DNA from: an uncultured Alphaproteobacteria bacterium
Lineage (GTDB): Bacteria > Pseudomonadota > Alphaproteobacteria > RF32 > CAG-239
DNA length: 64,000 nucleotides
Assembly (NCBI GenBank): GCA_944390315.1
Contig: CALXPO010000022.1
Coordinates: 1,093 to 65,092 of the forward strand
Direction: 5' to 3'
The notes under the pieces are model-generated. The model was given only the letters and a program-made list of their open reading frames with translations, made no database searches and was not told where the DNA came from. Positions 38,591-47,860 of the stretch are shown here, piece by piece (the stretch's first letter is position 1; each line of letters begins with the position of its first letter). The translations under genes and the position numbers were made by a program.

Positions 38591-39390
38591 TGTCATATCT
38601 TTCTCCAACGTTAACTCTTTTGGTCGGCGCTGTCAAAAAAGCCACGGCGTCGCTTGATCGCGATTTTAGCGAAATTGAACGTTTGCAATCTTCGGTTCGC
38701 GGTTATCAAACTTTTGTACAACGTTCATATGAGCGCGTTACGCAAACATTACGAAACGAGTTGGCTCGCATGCGCCCTGATGCGGTGTTTGTCGAAAACA
38801 AACAACCGATTGAAAAAGGAAGTTGTTTTTTGGTAAATCCGATAGACGGTATGGCGAATTTTGTTCGCGGCGTACCTCTGTTTGCCACCACGGTTGCGTA
38901 TTGTGAACATGGAGAAGTAAAGGCTTCGGTTATCTATAATCGCGCGAGCGATGAATTGTACTTTGCCGAAAAAGGAAATGGCGCCTACAAAGAGGGTTTC
39001 CGTAATCATGAACGTTTGCGGGTATCGGCAACAAAAGACGGGGATTATGCCGTAGTCAATGCTGCCATCGGTTATTCTCACGGCACGCCTGAATATACGG
39101 CTGCTTACCGCGATTTGTTTGCCGAGACTGAAAAAGTTCGAGTTTTGGGTTGCGTGTCCTTGTCTATGGCGGGTGTTGCCGCCGGCAAGGCAGATGTTTG
39201 TCTCAGTTTAGGTAATAATTTGAATTCGGTTATAGCGGGCTTGCTGTTGGTTCGCGAAGCCGGCGGATATATTTATAATCTTAAACGCAAAGAGCTTGCT
39301 CCCGAAAAGATTGAACAAGTTGTCATTTCTGACGAATTAGCGGCAACCAATACATCATTGCAGGAATTTATTGGCCGTCTGGTTGGTTAG
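38590..39390 (+). CDS. suhB: SuhB/inositol monophosphatase family protein with degenerate active site
   Basis: RDFSEIERLQ, NPIDGMANF, AEKGNGAY, RLRVS, LLVREAGG; conserved position after efp. Confidence 0.8.
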   Translation: MSYLSPTLTLLVGAVKKATASLDRDFSEIERLQSSVRGYQTFVQRSYERVTQTLRNELARMRPDAVFVENKQPIEKGSCFLVNPIDGMANFVRGVPLFATTVAYCEHGEVKASVIYNRASDELYFAEKGNGAYKEGFRNHERLRVSATKDGDYAVVNAAIGYSHGTPEYTAAYRDLFAETEKVRVLGCVSLSMAGVAAGKADVCLSLGNNLNSVIAGLLLVREAGGYIYNLKRKELAPEKIEQVVISDELAATNTSLQEFIGRLVG

Positions 39391-39420
39391 AAATTGAAGC
39401 AAAAAAAATTTAAATAATGC

Positions 39421-39449
39421 TTGCTTTATTTGAAACACTAATGTATAAA
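39421..39449 (+). promoter_or_regulatory. putative rpmE promoter
   Basis: TTGCTT-17bp-TATAAA upstream of ggag RBS. Confidence 0.5.
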
Positions 39450-39483
39450 AGCGGCAACTAACAATTCGTTATGGAGAAAATAA

Positions 39484-39720
39484 ATGAAAAAAGGTATTCA
39501 TCCGGATTATCATGAAATTACCTATGTTATGAGCGACGGCAGTGTAGCTACTACCAGATCTACATGGGGTAAAGCCGGTGATAAAATGACTTTGGAAATT
39601 GACCCTAAATCTCATCCGGCTTGGACTGGTGTGTATCGTTTGGTTGATACCGGTGGTCAATTGTCGAAGTTCAAAAACAAATTCGGCGCTTTTGTAAAAC
39701 CGGTTTCCGATAATCAATAG
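39484..39720 (+). CDS. rpmE: 50S ribosomal protein L31
   Basis: [21 protein letters not shown]; Cys-free alphaproteobacterial type. Confidence 0.97.
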   Translation: MKKGIHPDYHEITYVMSDGSVATTRSTWGKAGDKMTLEIDPKSHPAWTGVYRLVDTGGQLSKFKNKFGAFVKPVSDNQ

Positions 39721-39832
39721 TATTTTCTTAATACTATATTAAATTTTTTCAACTAACCTACATTCCATAAAAAGAATGTGGGTTTTTTGCTCACAAAAAT
39801 TGTGTGCTAAAAACAAAGGAAAGGATAAAAAC

Positions 39833-40813
39833 ATGACAACACCGCTTATGCCCAAAGCCACAGCTGTATGGTTGGTCGAAAATACAACACTAACATTTAA
39901 GCAAATCGGTGATTTTTGCGAGCTACATGAGTTGGAAATTCAAGCTATTGCCGACGGAGACGTCGCTTTCAACATTGTCGGTCTCAATCCGATAACCGGC
40001 GGCCAATTAACGGCAGAAGAAATTAAACGCTGTGAACAAGATGAACATGCATCGCTTCAAGCTCTGGAGCCGGAACATAATGTTAAAATACAAAATCTAA
40101 AAGCTAAAAAAATGCTGTCGCCGTCACAACGTAGCGACAAGCCTGCTGCCATTTTATGGATTTTGCGCCATTGTCCCGAAATTATCGATTCGCAAATATG
40201 TAAATTAATAGGTACGACTAAAAAAACAATTGAAGGTTTGCGCAACGGTACACATCGAGAAATGGAAGGATTGCGTCCGAAGAATCCGGTTGCCATAGGT
40301 CTATGTAAAGAAAAAGACTTAGATGAGGCTATTGCAGTTTCTCAGAGATGGCTTGAGCAAAAAAGTAAACCGAAGAATATCAAAAGCAAAGTAGCTAAGA
40401 AAGCCGCGGACAAAGAAAAAGCGGCAGCTAAGAAAGCCGCTAAGAAAGCTGCGGACAAAGAAAAAGCGGCAGCTAAGAAAGCCGCTAAGAAAGCCGCGGA
40501 TAAAGAAAAAGCGGCAGCTAAGAAAGCCGCTAAGAAAGCCGCGGACAAAGAAAAAGCGGCAGCCAAGAAAGCCGCTAAGAAAGCCGCGGACAAAGAAAAA
40601 GCGGCCGCTAAGAAAGCCGCCAAAAAAGCTGCGGACAAAGAAAAAGCGGCAGCTAAGAAAGCCGCCAAGAAAGCCGCGGATAAGGAAAAAGCGGCAGCCA
40701 AGAAAGCCGCCAAGAAAGCCGCGGACAAAGAAAGAGCAGCAGCCAAGAAAGCCGCCAAGAAAGCCGCAGCCAAAAAAACAGTAAAAAAGAAAACAGCTGT
40801 TGTCGAAAAATAA
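39833..40813 (+). CDS. DUF1013 (TrcR-like) protein with Lys/Ala-rich repeat tail
   Basis: PLMPKATAVWLVENTTLTFKQI..LHELEIQAIADG, KPAAILW, LIGTTK..P..IGLC; C-terminal KKAADKEKAAAKKAA repeats. Confidence 0.9.
   Translation: MTTPLMPKATAVWLVENTTLTFKQIGDFCELHELEIQAIADGDVAFNIVGLNPITGGQLTAEEIKRCEQDEHASLQALEPEHNVKIQNLKAKKMLSPSQRSDKPAAILWILRHCPEIIDSQICKLIGTTKKTIEGLRNGTHREMEGLRPKNPVAIGLCKEKDLDEAIAVSQRWLEQKSKPKNIKSKVAKKAADKEKAAAKKAAKKAADKEKAAAKKAAKKAADKEKAAAKKAAKKAADKEKAAAKKAAKKAADKEKAAAKKAAKKAADKEKAAAKKAAKKAADKEKAAAKKAAKKAADKERAAAKKAAKKAAAKKTVKKKTAVVEK
40394..40777 (+). repeat. coding 45-bp tandem repeat (8 full copies plus a partial copy)
   Basis: Unit gctaagaaagccgcggacaaagaaaaagcggcagctaagaaagcc; copies differ mostly at synonymous positions. 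Confidence 0.95.
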
Positions 40814-40836
40814 TTAAGATTGACAACAAAGAAAAC

Positions 40837-40876
40837 CCAAAAAAGAACTTTCGTTGAACAGAAAGTTCTTTTTTGG
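40837..40876 (+). terminator. intrinsic terminator
   Basis: ccaaaaaagaactttc..gaaagttcttttttgg inverted repeat. Confidence 0.7.
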
Positions 40877-40982
40877 TGTCAATGATGTCAGAGATGTTTT
40901 GTTTTGACAAAAAATCCTTGAAATCGGCGGCTTATGTTATATACTCGCACCAGATTAAAATTAATCGAAGGATAAGATTGAA

Positions 40983-42305
40983 ATGTCAGGAATAAAAGTA
41001 AGATTTGCACCGTCACCGACGGGTCGTATGCATATCGGAAATACCCGAACCGCTCTGTTTAATTGGTTGCTTGCCAAGAAAAACGGCGGTGAATTTATGC
41101 TCAGAATAGACGATACCGATAAAGAACGTTCCAAAGCCGAATATGAAGAAGGTATCAGAGATGCTTTGAAATGGTTGGGTTTGAATTGGAGCAGCGAAGC
41201 CAGACAATCGGCTCGCTTTGACAGATATAACGAGATTACCGAAAAACTGAAACAACAAGGCTTAATTTATCCTTGTTACGAAACTCCCGAGGAACTGGAA
41301 TTGATGCGCAAAACAATGCTTGCCAAAGGTTGTCCGCCGATTTATGATCGTCGCTCCTTACGATTGACGGCTGAGCAAATTGCGGCTTATGAAGCCGAGG
41401 GGCGTCGTCCTCACTATCGTTTCAAACTTATGCCGGGAGAAATTGTCTGGGAAGATATGGTTCGCGGTCATTGTCATTATATGGCAGAAAATTTAAGTGA
41501 TCCGGTGGTTATTCGAGCAGACGGTTCTTACCTTTACCATTTGCCGTCGGTTATAGATGATACCGATTTCGGTATTACACATATTGTTCGCGGAGAAGAC
41601 CATGTTACCAATACGGCTTCTCAAATCAGGATGTTTGAAGCCATCGGCGGAAAAATCCCGACTTTTGCTCACTTACCGCTTTTGACGGGTAAAGAAGGAA
41701 AATTGTCCAAACGCTTAGGCTCTGTCGGTGTTGCCGATTTGCGCGCCGAAGGTATTGAAGCTATGGCTATTTGTTCATATTTGACCAAACTCGGAACATC
41801 TGAGGCCATAGAACCTTATTACGATTTGAACAGCTTGGCCGACAGTTTGGATTTTAGCAAACTCGGACGTTCACAACCTAAATTTTCCGAAGAAGATTTG
41901 CGCCATTTTAATACTCATTTGGTCAGAAATTTGAGCTATGCTCAAGTTAAAGACAGAGTTGGTGTTGATGAAAAGTTTTGGAATGCCGTCAGAGGCAACT
42001 TGGAAATCGTTGATGATGTCAAGCTGTGGCAAGACATTTGTTGCCGCGAGGTTGAGCCCGTTATTGAAGACGAAGAATTGACCAAGTTGGCTGCGGAATT
42101 GTTACCGTCTGAGCCGTGGAACGATGACACCTTCAACGCTTGGATAAACGAGATTAAAACCAAAATTGACCGCAAAGGTAAGGCTTTGTTCCATCCTCTG
42201 CGTAAAGCCATCACCGGTACGGATAACGGTCCTGAGTTGAAAGTCTTATTACCGCTAATCGGTCGCGAACGAGTTTATAAACGCCTGATGGGTATCAAAG
42301 CATAA
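40983..42305 (+). CDS. gltX: glutamate--tRNA ligase
   Basis: RFAPSPTG.MHIGN, LRIDDTD, RGEDH, KLSKR. Confidence 0.95.
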   Translation: MSGIKVRFAPSPTGRMHIGNTRTALFNWLLAKKNGGEFMLRIDDTDKERSKAEYEEGIRDALKWLGLNWSSEARQSARFDRYNEITEKLKQQGLIYPCYETPEELELMRKTMLAKGCPPIYDRRSLRLTAEQIAAYEAEGRRPHYRFKLMPGEIVWEDMVRGHCHYMAENLSDPVVIRADGSYLYHLPSVIDDTDFGITHIVRGEDHVTNTASQIRMFEAIGGKIPTFAHLPLLTGKEGKLSKRLGSVGVADLRAEGIEAMAICSYLTKLGTSEAIEPYYDLNSLADSLDFSKLGRSQPKFSEEDLRHFNTHLVRNLSYAQVKDRVGVDEKFWNAVRGNLEIVDDVKLWQDICCREVEPVIEDEELTKLAAELLPSEPWNDDTFNAWINEIKTKIDRKGKALFHPLRKAITGTDNGPELKVLLPLIGRERVYKRLMGIKA

Positions 42306-42316
42306 AGGAGATAAAA

Positions 42317-43696
42317 ATGCCAGAAATGTACTTACACAATACGTTGAGAAGACGCAAAGAAAAATTTGAACCGATTGATGCCCAAAATGTTCGCATGTAC
42401 GTCTGCGGACCGACGGTTTATGACCGCGCACATTTGGGTAATGCCAAATCGGCTGTCGTTTTTGATGTGTTAAATCGTGTATTGCGTCAAGTTTATGGCG
42501 ATGAACATGTTACCTATGTGTCAAATATTACCGATATTGATGATAAGATATTAAACAAACATCAAGAGACGGGTAAACCGATAGAGGAAATTACCCGTGA
42601 AACGTTTCAATGGTATTTGGACGATATGCATGCCTTGAATGTTAAAGATCCGGATTATCGTCCTCGTGCAACCGAATTTGTCAATGAAATGATAGATTTG
42701 GTTAAATTGCTGATTAAAAACGGTCACGCATACGAAGCCGAAGGCCATGTTTTGTTTTCGGTCGATTCAATGCTGAATTACGGTTTTTTGTCGGGTCGCA
42801 GTATGAAAGAGATGTTGGCCGGTGCCCGAATAGAAGTTGCCGATTATAAGAAAAATCCGGCTGATTTTATTTTGTGGAAGCCTTCGGAAGCAGGTCAACC
42901 CGGTTGGGACAGCCCTTGGGGCTTTGGACGTCCGGGATGGCATTTGGAGTGCTCGGCGATGAGCTCAAAATATCTGGGGAATTCTTTTGATATTCACGGC
43001 GGCGGTTCGGACCTAATCTTTCCGCACCACGAAAATGAATGTGCTCAATCTATGTGCGCTCATCCTAATGATACCTTTGCCCGCTACTGGGTTCACGCGG
43101 GGATGTTAATGGTTGACGGGGTTAAAATGTCTAAATCTTTGGGCAATTTTTATACCGTAAATCAGCTGATTGCGGAATATCCGGCAGAGGCTTTGCGTCT
43201 GTTGTTTATCAGTACGCACTATCATCAACCGTTTAATTTTACTTTTGAGGGCTTGAAACAGGCTAAAACAGTATTAGATAAATTCTACAATGCTCTGCAA
43301 AAGACCGATGATATCAAAATAGAAAAAACTGCGGTTGATGAAAAAGTTTTGGAAGCTCTGTGTGATGATTTGAATACGCCGCTGGCTTTGTCGCATCTGC
43401 ACGAAATTGTTAATAACCTAAACAAGGCAGAAACCGAAGAAGAGAAAAGAAAATATAAATCATTGTTGCTCGGTTCGGCAGATATGATGGGACTTCTGTA
43501 TCAAAATGCCGATGTTTGGTTTAAGCAAGGGGCCAATACAATTGCCGAAGACGAAATCGAACATTTGATTTCAGAGCGTGCCGAAGCTAAAAAAAGCAAA
43601 AATTATGCACGCGCCGATGAAATCCGAAATCAGCTTAAAGAAGCCGGTATCTTGTTGGAAGATAGTGCGACAGGAACAACCTGGAAAAAAATTTAA
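42317..43696 (+). CDS. cysS: cysteine--tRNA ligase
   Basis: [44 protein letters not shown]. Confidence 0.98.
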   Translation: MPEMYLHNTLRRRKEKFEPIDAQNVRMYVCGPTVYDRAHLGNAKSAVVFDVLNRVLRQVYGDEHVTYVSNITDIDDKILNKHQETGKPIEEITRETFQWYLDDMHALNVKDPDYRPRATEFVNEMIDLVKLLIKNGHAYEAEGHVLFSVDSMLNYGFLSGRSMKEMLAGARIEVADYKKNPADFILWKPSEAGQPGWDSPWGFGRPGWHLECSAMSSKYLGNSFDIHGGGSDLIFPHHENECAQSMCAHPNDTFARYWVHAGMLMVDGVKMSKSLGNFYTVNQLIAEYPAEALRLLFISTHYHQPFNFTFEGLKQAKTVLDKFYNALQKTDDIKIEKTAVDEKVLEALCDDLNTPLALSHLHEIVNNLNKAETEEEKRKYKSLLLGSADMMGLLYQNADVWFKQGANTIAEDEIEHLISERAEAKKSKNYARADEIRNQLKEAGILLEDSATGTTWKKI

Positions 43697-43926
43697 TTTA
43701 AGAATTTTTTAGCTTTGTTCTTGTCGTTGTGGTGCTGAATTTGAGCGAACACGCTGTCGGCAAAAGATTTTTTTGCCATATAAGTAATGAAAAGCGGCTC
43801 TTGAAGTTGTAATTTTCCTAAAGTCTCTTCAAGAGCCTCAAAACTTTTATAAATTTTATCAATCAAAATTAAATTTTGTTCCTCTTGATATTCGGCGATT
43901 GTCTTTTTCTTAACAGATTGCCCCAT
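43693..43926 (-). CDS. hypothetical protein
   Basis: 77-aa ATG ORF with agagggg RBS; no known motif. Confidence 0.55.
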   Translation of the reverse strand: MGQSVKKKTIAEYQEEQNLILIDKIYKSFEALEETLGKLQLQEPLFITYMAKKSFADSVFAQIQHHNDKNKAKKFLN

Positions 43927-44052
43927 AGTAACCCCTCTTAATCTTAATATAATATGTTTTCAATAAACATAAGTATAGCATACCAGTATATAATAGGTAG
44001 GGGATAAAAATCAGTATGGGGTAACGAAAAATAAGCACACTCAAATACAAAT

Positions 44053-44262
44053 TCAGTTTTTAGTATTTTCTTTTTTGCTGTTTAATTCTATTTGCAAAGT
44101 ATTTTCCGAGTAATTATAGATAATATATTGATGGTGATAGACGTTTTCGACAACCACATCAATAATGCGCTTATTTTTTGATTTTTCAAAAGGCGGCGCA
44201 AAAATTGTAAGTTTTTGGATAAGAAAGTATATGTCTTTCATAAGTTTCTCCTTATCAAGCAA
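44053..44262 (-). CDS. possible small hypothetical protein or gene remnant
   Basis: 69-aa AT-rich ORF with uncertain start. Confidence 0.3.
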   Translation of the reverse strand: MLDKEKLMKDIYFLIQKLTIFAPPFEKSKNKRIIDVVVENVYHHQYIIYNYSENTLQIELNSKKENTKN

Positions 44263-44363
44263 GATAAGTCTGAATAAATCAAAAACAACCTAGACGAAAA
44301 TATTGCCATAACTAGATATTATGTTTATAAAAGGCCCTAAAAGAAATATAAAAGGAGCAAGTC

Positions 44364-44834
44364 ATGGAAACAAAAACCAATGCCATGCGTATGCTTGATA
44401 AACATAGAGTACAATATAAATATTATACCTATGACGCGACGCAAGCGATTAGTGGAATTGAGGTAGCAACAGCTCTGGGACAAAATCCCAAGCAGGTTTT
44501 TAAGACACTGGTAACGGTTGGTAAGAGCAAGCAGCATTATGTGTTTATGATACCGGTTGCGGAAGAACTTGATTTAAAAAAAGCAGCTATCGCGGCAGAA
44601 GAAAAATCGATAGAAATGGTAAAATCAAAAGAATTATTGGGTTTGACCGGCTATATTCATGGAGGTTGTTCACCTTTGGGCATGAAGAAAGTTTTTCCGA
44701 CTTTTGTTGACGATACGGCGACAAATTTTGAAACTATCATTTTCAGTGCCGGAAAAATCGGTATGCAGATAGAAACTTCTTTGGAAGGTATTCGACAAAT
44801 TATACCGCTGAAAGTTGCCTCATTGACGGTCTGA
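44364..44834 (+). CDS. ybaK: Cys-tRNA(Pro) deacylase YbaK
   Basis: KTNAMRML, QVFKTL, TGYIHGGCSPLG, SAGKIG. Confidence 0.93.
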   Translation: METKTNAMRMLDKHRVQYKYYTYDATQAISGIEVATALGQNPKQVFKTLVTVGKSKQHYVFMIPVAEELDLKKAAIAAEEKSIEMVKSKELLGLTGYIHGGCSPLGMKKVFPTFVDDTATNFETIIFSAGKIGMQIETSLEGIRQIIPLKVASLTV

Positions 44835-44846
44835 AAAGATAATGAT

Positions 44847-44875
44847 TTGACAAAATAATGATGATGTGCTAGCTT
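44847..44875 (+). promoter_or_regulatory. putative sigma70 promoter for the ACP-like gene
   Basis: TTGACA-17bp-TAGCTT. Confidence 0.5.
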
Positions 44876-44903
44876 TAAAAAAATTAAAATTTTTAATGCT
44901 ATT

Positions 44904-45188
44904 ATGAATAAAAACTCAAACAATACGGTTACGGAACAAGAAGTTCAAGCCGTTTTTGACAAAATTAAGTATATTGTTGCTGAGCATCTGACATGCAAAA
45001 GGAGCATGGTAACCTTGGATACAAGATGGAAAACTTTATCTGCGGACTACCTTGACCTTGCTTATTTGGCAATGGAGGTAGAAGATTTGTTTCCAATCAT
45101 TGTTAATGAGAACCAGGGCTGGACGCCTTATAATACCATACGCGAAACCTGCATCAGTATAGCACAAAGTCTGAATAGTAGAAAGTGA
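44904..45188 (+). CDS. acyl carrier protein-like protein lacking the phosphopantetheine serine
   Basis: VFDKIKYIVAEHL..VTLDT..LSADYLDLAYLAMEVEDLF..TIRE follows the ACP pattern; DSLD is DYLD. Confidence 0.72.
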   Translation: MNKNSNNTVTEQEVQAVFDKIKYIVAEHLTCKRSMVTLDTRWKTLSADYLDLAYLAMEVEDLFPIIVNENQGWTPYNTIRETCISIAQSLNSRK

Positions 45189-45203
45189 CTATTCCGAAAT
45201 TCC

Positions 45204-45244
45204 AATCCCCAAATTCTTATCTTATCAGAATTGGGGATTTTTTT
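45204..45244 (+). terminator. intrinsic terminator
   Basis: aatccccaa..ttggggatt stem followed by a T-run. Confidence 0.7.
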
Positions 45245-45451
45245 ATAAGCCGTTATACAGATTTCAAAGCCGAACAACATGCGGTTATCTGGGTTTGAAG
45301 TTCCCGTGACGGACAAAACATAAGCCAGAAAACAGATATAGATACCTCCTTGGGGTTGGAGGTATCTATATCATAGAAACTCTTGCAAGGGCAAGAGCAA
45401 GGAGATAGGGTTGTCCTATATTTACTTTTGCTTTTGTGTAAGTCAGTTTTT

Positions 45452-47350
45452 TTAGTTTTTATAAGCACGCAAAGCATTGACAACGGCAAGTAAAGCCGTT
45501 CCCGTATCTGCAAAAACAGCGCCCCACATGGTCACCATTCCCATGGCTCCAAGAATTAAAAACAAGACTTTGACGCCTAAAGCAAAAATAATGTTTTGAT
45601 GAACAATAAGCATGGTTTTGCGAGCAGATTTAATTGCGGTAACAACCTTTTGCGGATTGTCATCCATAATAACGGCGTCGGCAGCTTCGATTGCGGCGTC
45701 AGAGCCCAATCCGCCCATGGCAATGCCGACATCGGCTCTTGCCAAAACCGGAGCATCGTTAATACCGTCACCGACAAAAACAGTTTTTCCTTCATTATTT
45801 TGTGCCATAATCTGTTCTATTTTCTCAACTTTTCCCGCCGGAAGCAAGGAATGTTCAAAATGTTGAATGTTGAGCTCTTTAGCAACAAAAGCAGCCGTTT
45901 GAGCATTATCGCCGGTGAGCATATATGTGGCAATTGATGCTTGATGCAAACTGTCAATGGCCGCCTTTGCATTTTCTTTTGGCTGATCAGAAATTTCGAT
46001 AGCCCCCAGATATTGATGATTTTTTGCAACATAAACAGTTGTTAAAGTTGGTTGAGGCAAAATATTTTTTATGCCGTAGTGTTCCATTAACAAACGATTG
46101 CCTACTAAAATTTCACTATCTGTCATGGCCTTAATTCCCATACCGGCAATTTCTTCAATTTGCGGATTTATATTGTCAAAATTCATTTCTTTTGCGGCAC
46201 GTTTGATAGATAAGGCAATCGGGTGATTAGAAAATTTTTCGGCAATAGCGGCATAGAATAAGACATCGTGTGCGGTAGCCGTTGTATCAGGGATAATTTG
46301 ACTGACTTCAAAATTTCCCTTAGTTAGCGTTCCCGTTTTATCAAATACAACGTTTTTCGTTTTTGCCAGATTTTCCAAGAAATTTCCGCCTTTTATCAAT
46401 ATTCCTTTACGCGATGCGCCTCCGATTCCGGCAAAGAAAGTAAGAGGTACGGATATGACCAAAGCACAAGGACAGGAAATAACTAAAAAGGTGAGTGCGC
46501 GATTCAGCCACATTGAAAAATTTTGTTGCGGCAGCAGCAAAGGCGGAAGCAGAGCCAATAAGACAGCGGCAATGACAACCACAGGCGTGTAATAATGGGC
46601 AAAACGTGTTATAAATTTTTCTGTATGAGCTTTTTTTGTTTCGGCATGTTCGACCAATTCAATAATTTTGTTAACGGTGGATTCACCAAAAGGACGTGAA
46701 ACCTTAATTTTAAGCCAGCCGTCGGTATTGATGCAGCCACTGATGGCTTCGTCTCCGATTTTTAATTTTCGCGGCAGCGATTCTCCGGTCAGAGCGGAAG
46801 TATCGACATTAGCTTGTCCGTCGACAACGATTCCGTCCAAGGGAATTTTTTCACCGCTTTTAACAAGAATAATTTGTCCGATTTTAATTTGTTCGGGTGA
46901 TTTTTGTATTTCACGATTATCTTCAACAAGCCAAGCGCTATCGGGGCGAATGTCCATAAGCGCCGCAATAGAGCCTTTTGATTTTTCAACGGCTTTGTGT
47001 TGAAGATATTCTCCAATCTGGTAGAGAATCATAACCATGGCAGCTTCAGGGTATTCGCCGATGGCAACGGCGCCGACAGTAGCGACGGTCATAAGGGTAT
47101 TTTCATCGAGCCATTTAAGTTTTATTAAGTTTTTGAGGGCTTCGAGAATGACTTCGTAACCTGCGACAAGCCAAGAGAGAAGTAAGATAAAGTGGCTAAG
47201 AGAAGGGGAAAATACGGAAGATATACCCAAAGCAAAGAGGGCGAGGGCAACAAATATAATTTTCAATATGCCAAATTTTTCGGTTTCGGGATGAGAACCG
47301 CATCCACTATGGCAACTTGTTTGTAAGTTATGGTTATGATGATTTTTCAT
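45452..47350 (-). CDS. cadA: heavy-metal P1B-type ATPase (CadA/ZntA-like)
   Basis: LTGES, SCPCAL, DKTGTLT, HP, GDGINDAP, VFADTG; short His/Cys-rich N-terminus. Confidence 0.93.
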   Translation of the reverse strand: MKNHHNHNLQTSCHSGCGSHPETEKFGILKIIFVALALFALGISSVFSPSLSHFILLLSWLVAGYEVILEALKNLIKLKWLDENTLMTVATVGAVAIGEYPEAAMVMILYQIGEYLQHKAVEKSKGSIAALMDIRPDSAWLVEDNREIQKSPEQIKIGQIILVKSGEKIPLDGIVVDGQANVDTSALTGESLPRKLKIGDEAISGCINTDGWLKIKVSRPFGESTVNKIIELVEHAETKKAHTEKFITRFAHYYTPVVVIAAVLLALLPPLLLPQQNFSMWLNRALTFLVISCPCALVISVPLTFFAGIGGASRKGILIKGGNFLENLAKTKNVVFDKTGTLTKGNFEVSQIIPDTTATAHDVLFYAAIAEKFSNHPIALSIKRAAKEMNFDNINPQIEEIAGMGIKAMTDSEILVGNRLLMEHYGIKNILPQPTLTTVYVAKNHQYLGAIEISDQPKENAKAAIDSLHQASIATYMLTGDNAQTAAFVAKELNIQHFEHSLLPAGKVEKIEQIMAQNNEGKTVFVGDGINDAPVLARADVGIAMGGLGSDAAIEAADAVIMDDNPQKVVTAIKSARKTMLIVHQNIIFALGVKVLFLILGAMGMVTMWGAVFADTGTALLAVVNALRAYKN

Positions 47351-47391
47351 TTTTTTAGTCCTACTGTACATTAAATACTTAAGCTACATAT

Positions 47392-47421
47392 ATAATAGTT
47401 GAACAATTGTTCAATTGTCAA
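47392..47421 (-). promoter_or_regulatory. cadA promoter with ArsR/SmtB-type operator
   Basis: Perfect palindrome TTGAACAATTGTTCAA (47399-47414) between TTGACA (-35) and TATTAT (-10) on the minus strand. Confidence 0.75.
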
Positions 47422-47499
47422 GATAAAAAATAAAAATCTTGTACTTCAACCACAATATGGATATTGTAAACATAAATATAAAGCGAGGTTGAAGAAAAA

Positions 47500-47853
47500 A
47501 TGAAAGAGATACAATCAGATTGCACGGCAGTAAATCCGGAAATTGTTAAAAAAGTCAGTTCTCAAATGCCGGACGAAAATTTACTGGGCGACCTCTCGGA
47601 TTTTTTTAAAGTTATGGGAGATGCTACCCGAATCAATATTTTATGGGCCTTAGAAAAAGAATCGGTTTGTGTTAACGACTTGGCAGTTTTGCTCCATATG
47701 ACCAAATCAGCCGTTTCGCATCAACTAAAAATTCTGCGCACGGCAAAATTAGTCAGAGCCGATAAAAAAGGCAAAAACGTTTATTATGCCCTAAATGATG
47801 AACATGTTAAAACGATTTGGGCCAAAGCCATAGAACATTTAACTGAAAAGTAA
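47500..47853 (+). CDS. ArsR/SmtB family metal-responsive repressor
   Basis: FFKVMGDATRINIL, CVNDLA, SAVSHQLKILR, LNDEHV..EH; divergent from cadA. Confidence 0.93.
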   Translation: MKEIQSDCTAVNPEIVKKVSSQMPDENLLGDLSDFFKVMGDATRINILWALEKESVCVNDLAVLLHMTKSAVSHQLKILRTAKLVRADKKGKNVYYALNDEHVKTIWAKAIEHLTEK

Positions 47854-47860
47854 ATATAAA

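Noticed and set aside
40342-40773. 143-aa antisense Ala/Phe/Leu repeat ORF
   Set aside because: Shadow of the sense-strand Lys/Ala repeat.
40394-40777. 45-bp repeats as a CRISPR array
   Set aside because: The units are contiguous with no spacers, lie in frame within a CDS, and there are no cas genes.
44053-44262. RelE/ParE toxin with a neighbouring antitoxin
   Set aside because: Only a vague YIIY..LQI resemblance; spacing and gene order are not convincing.
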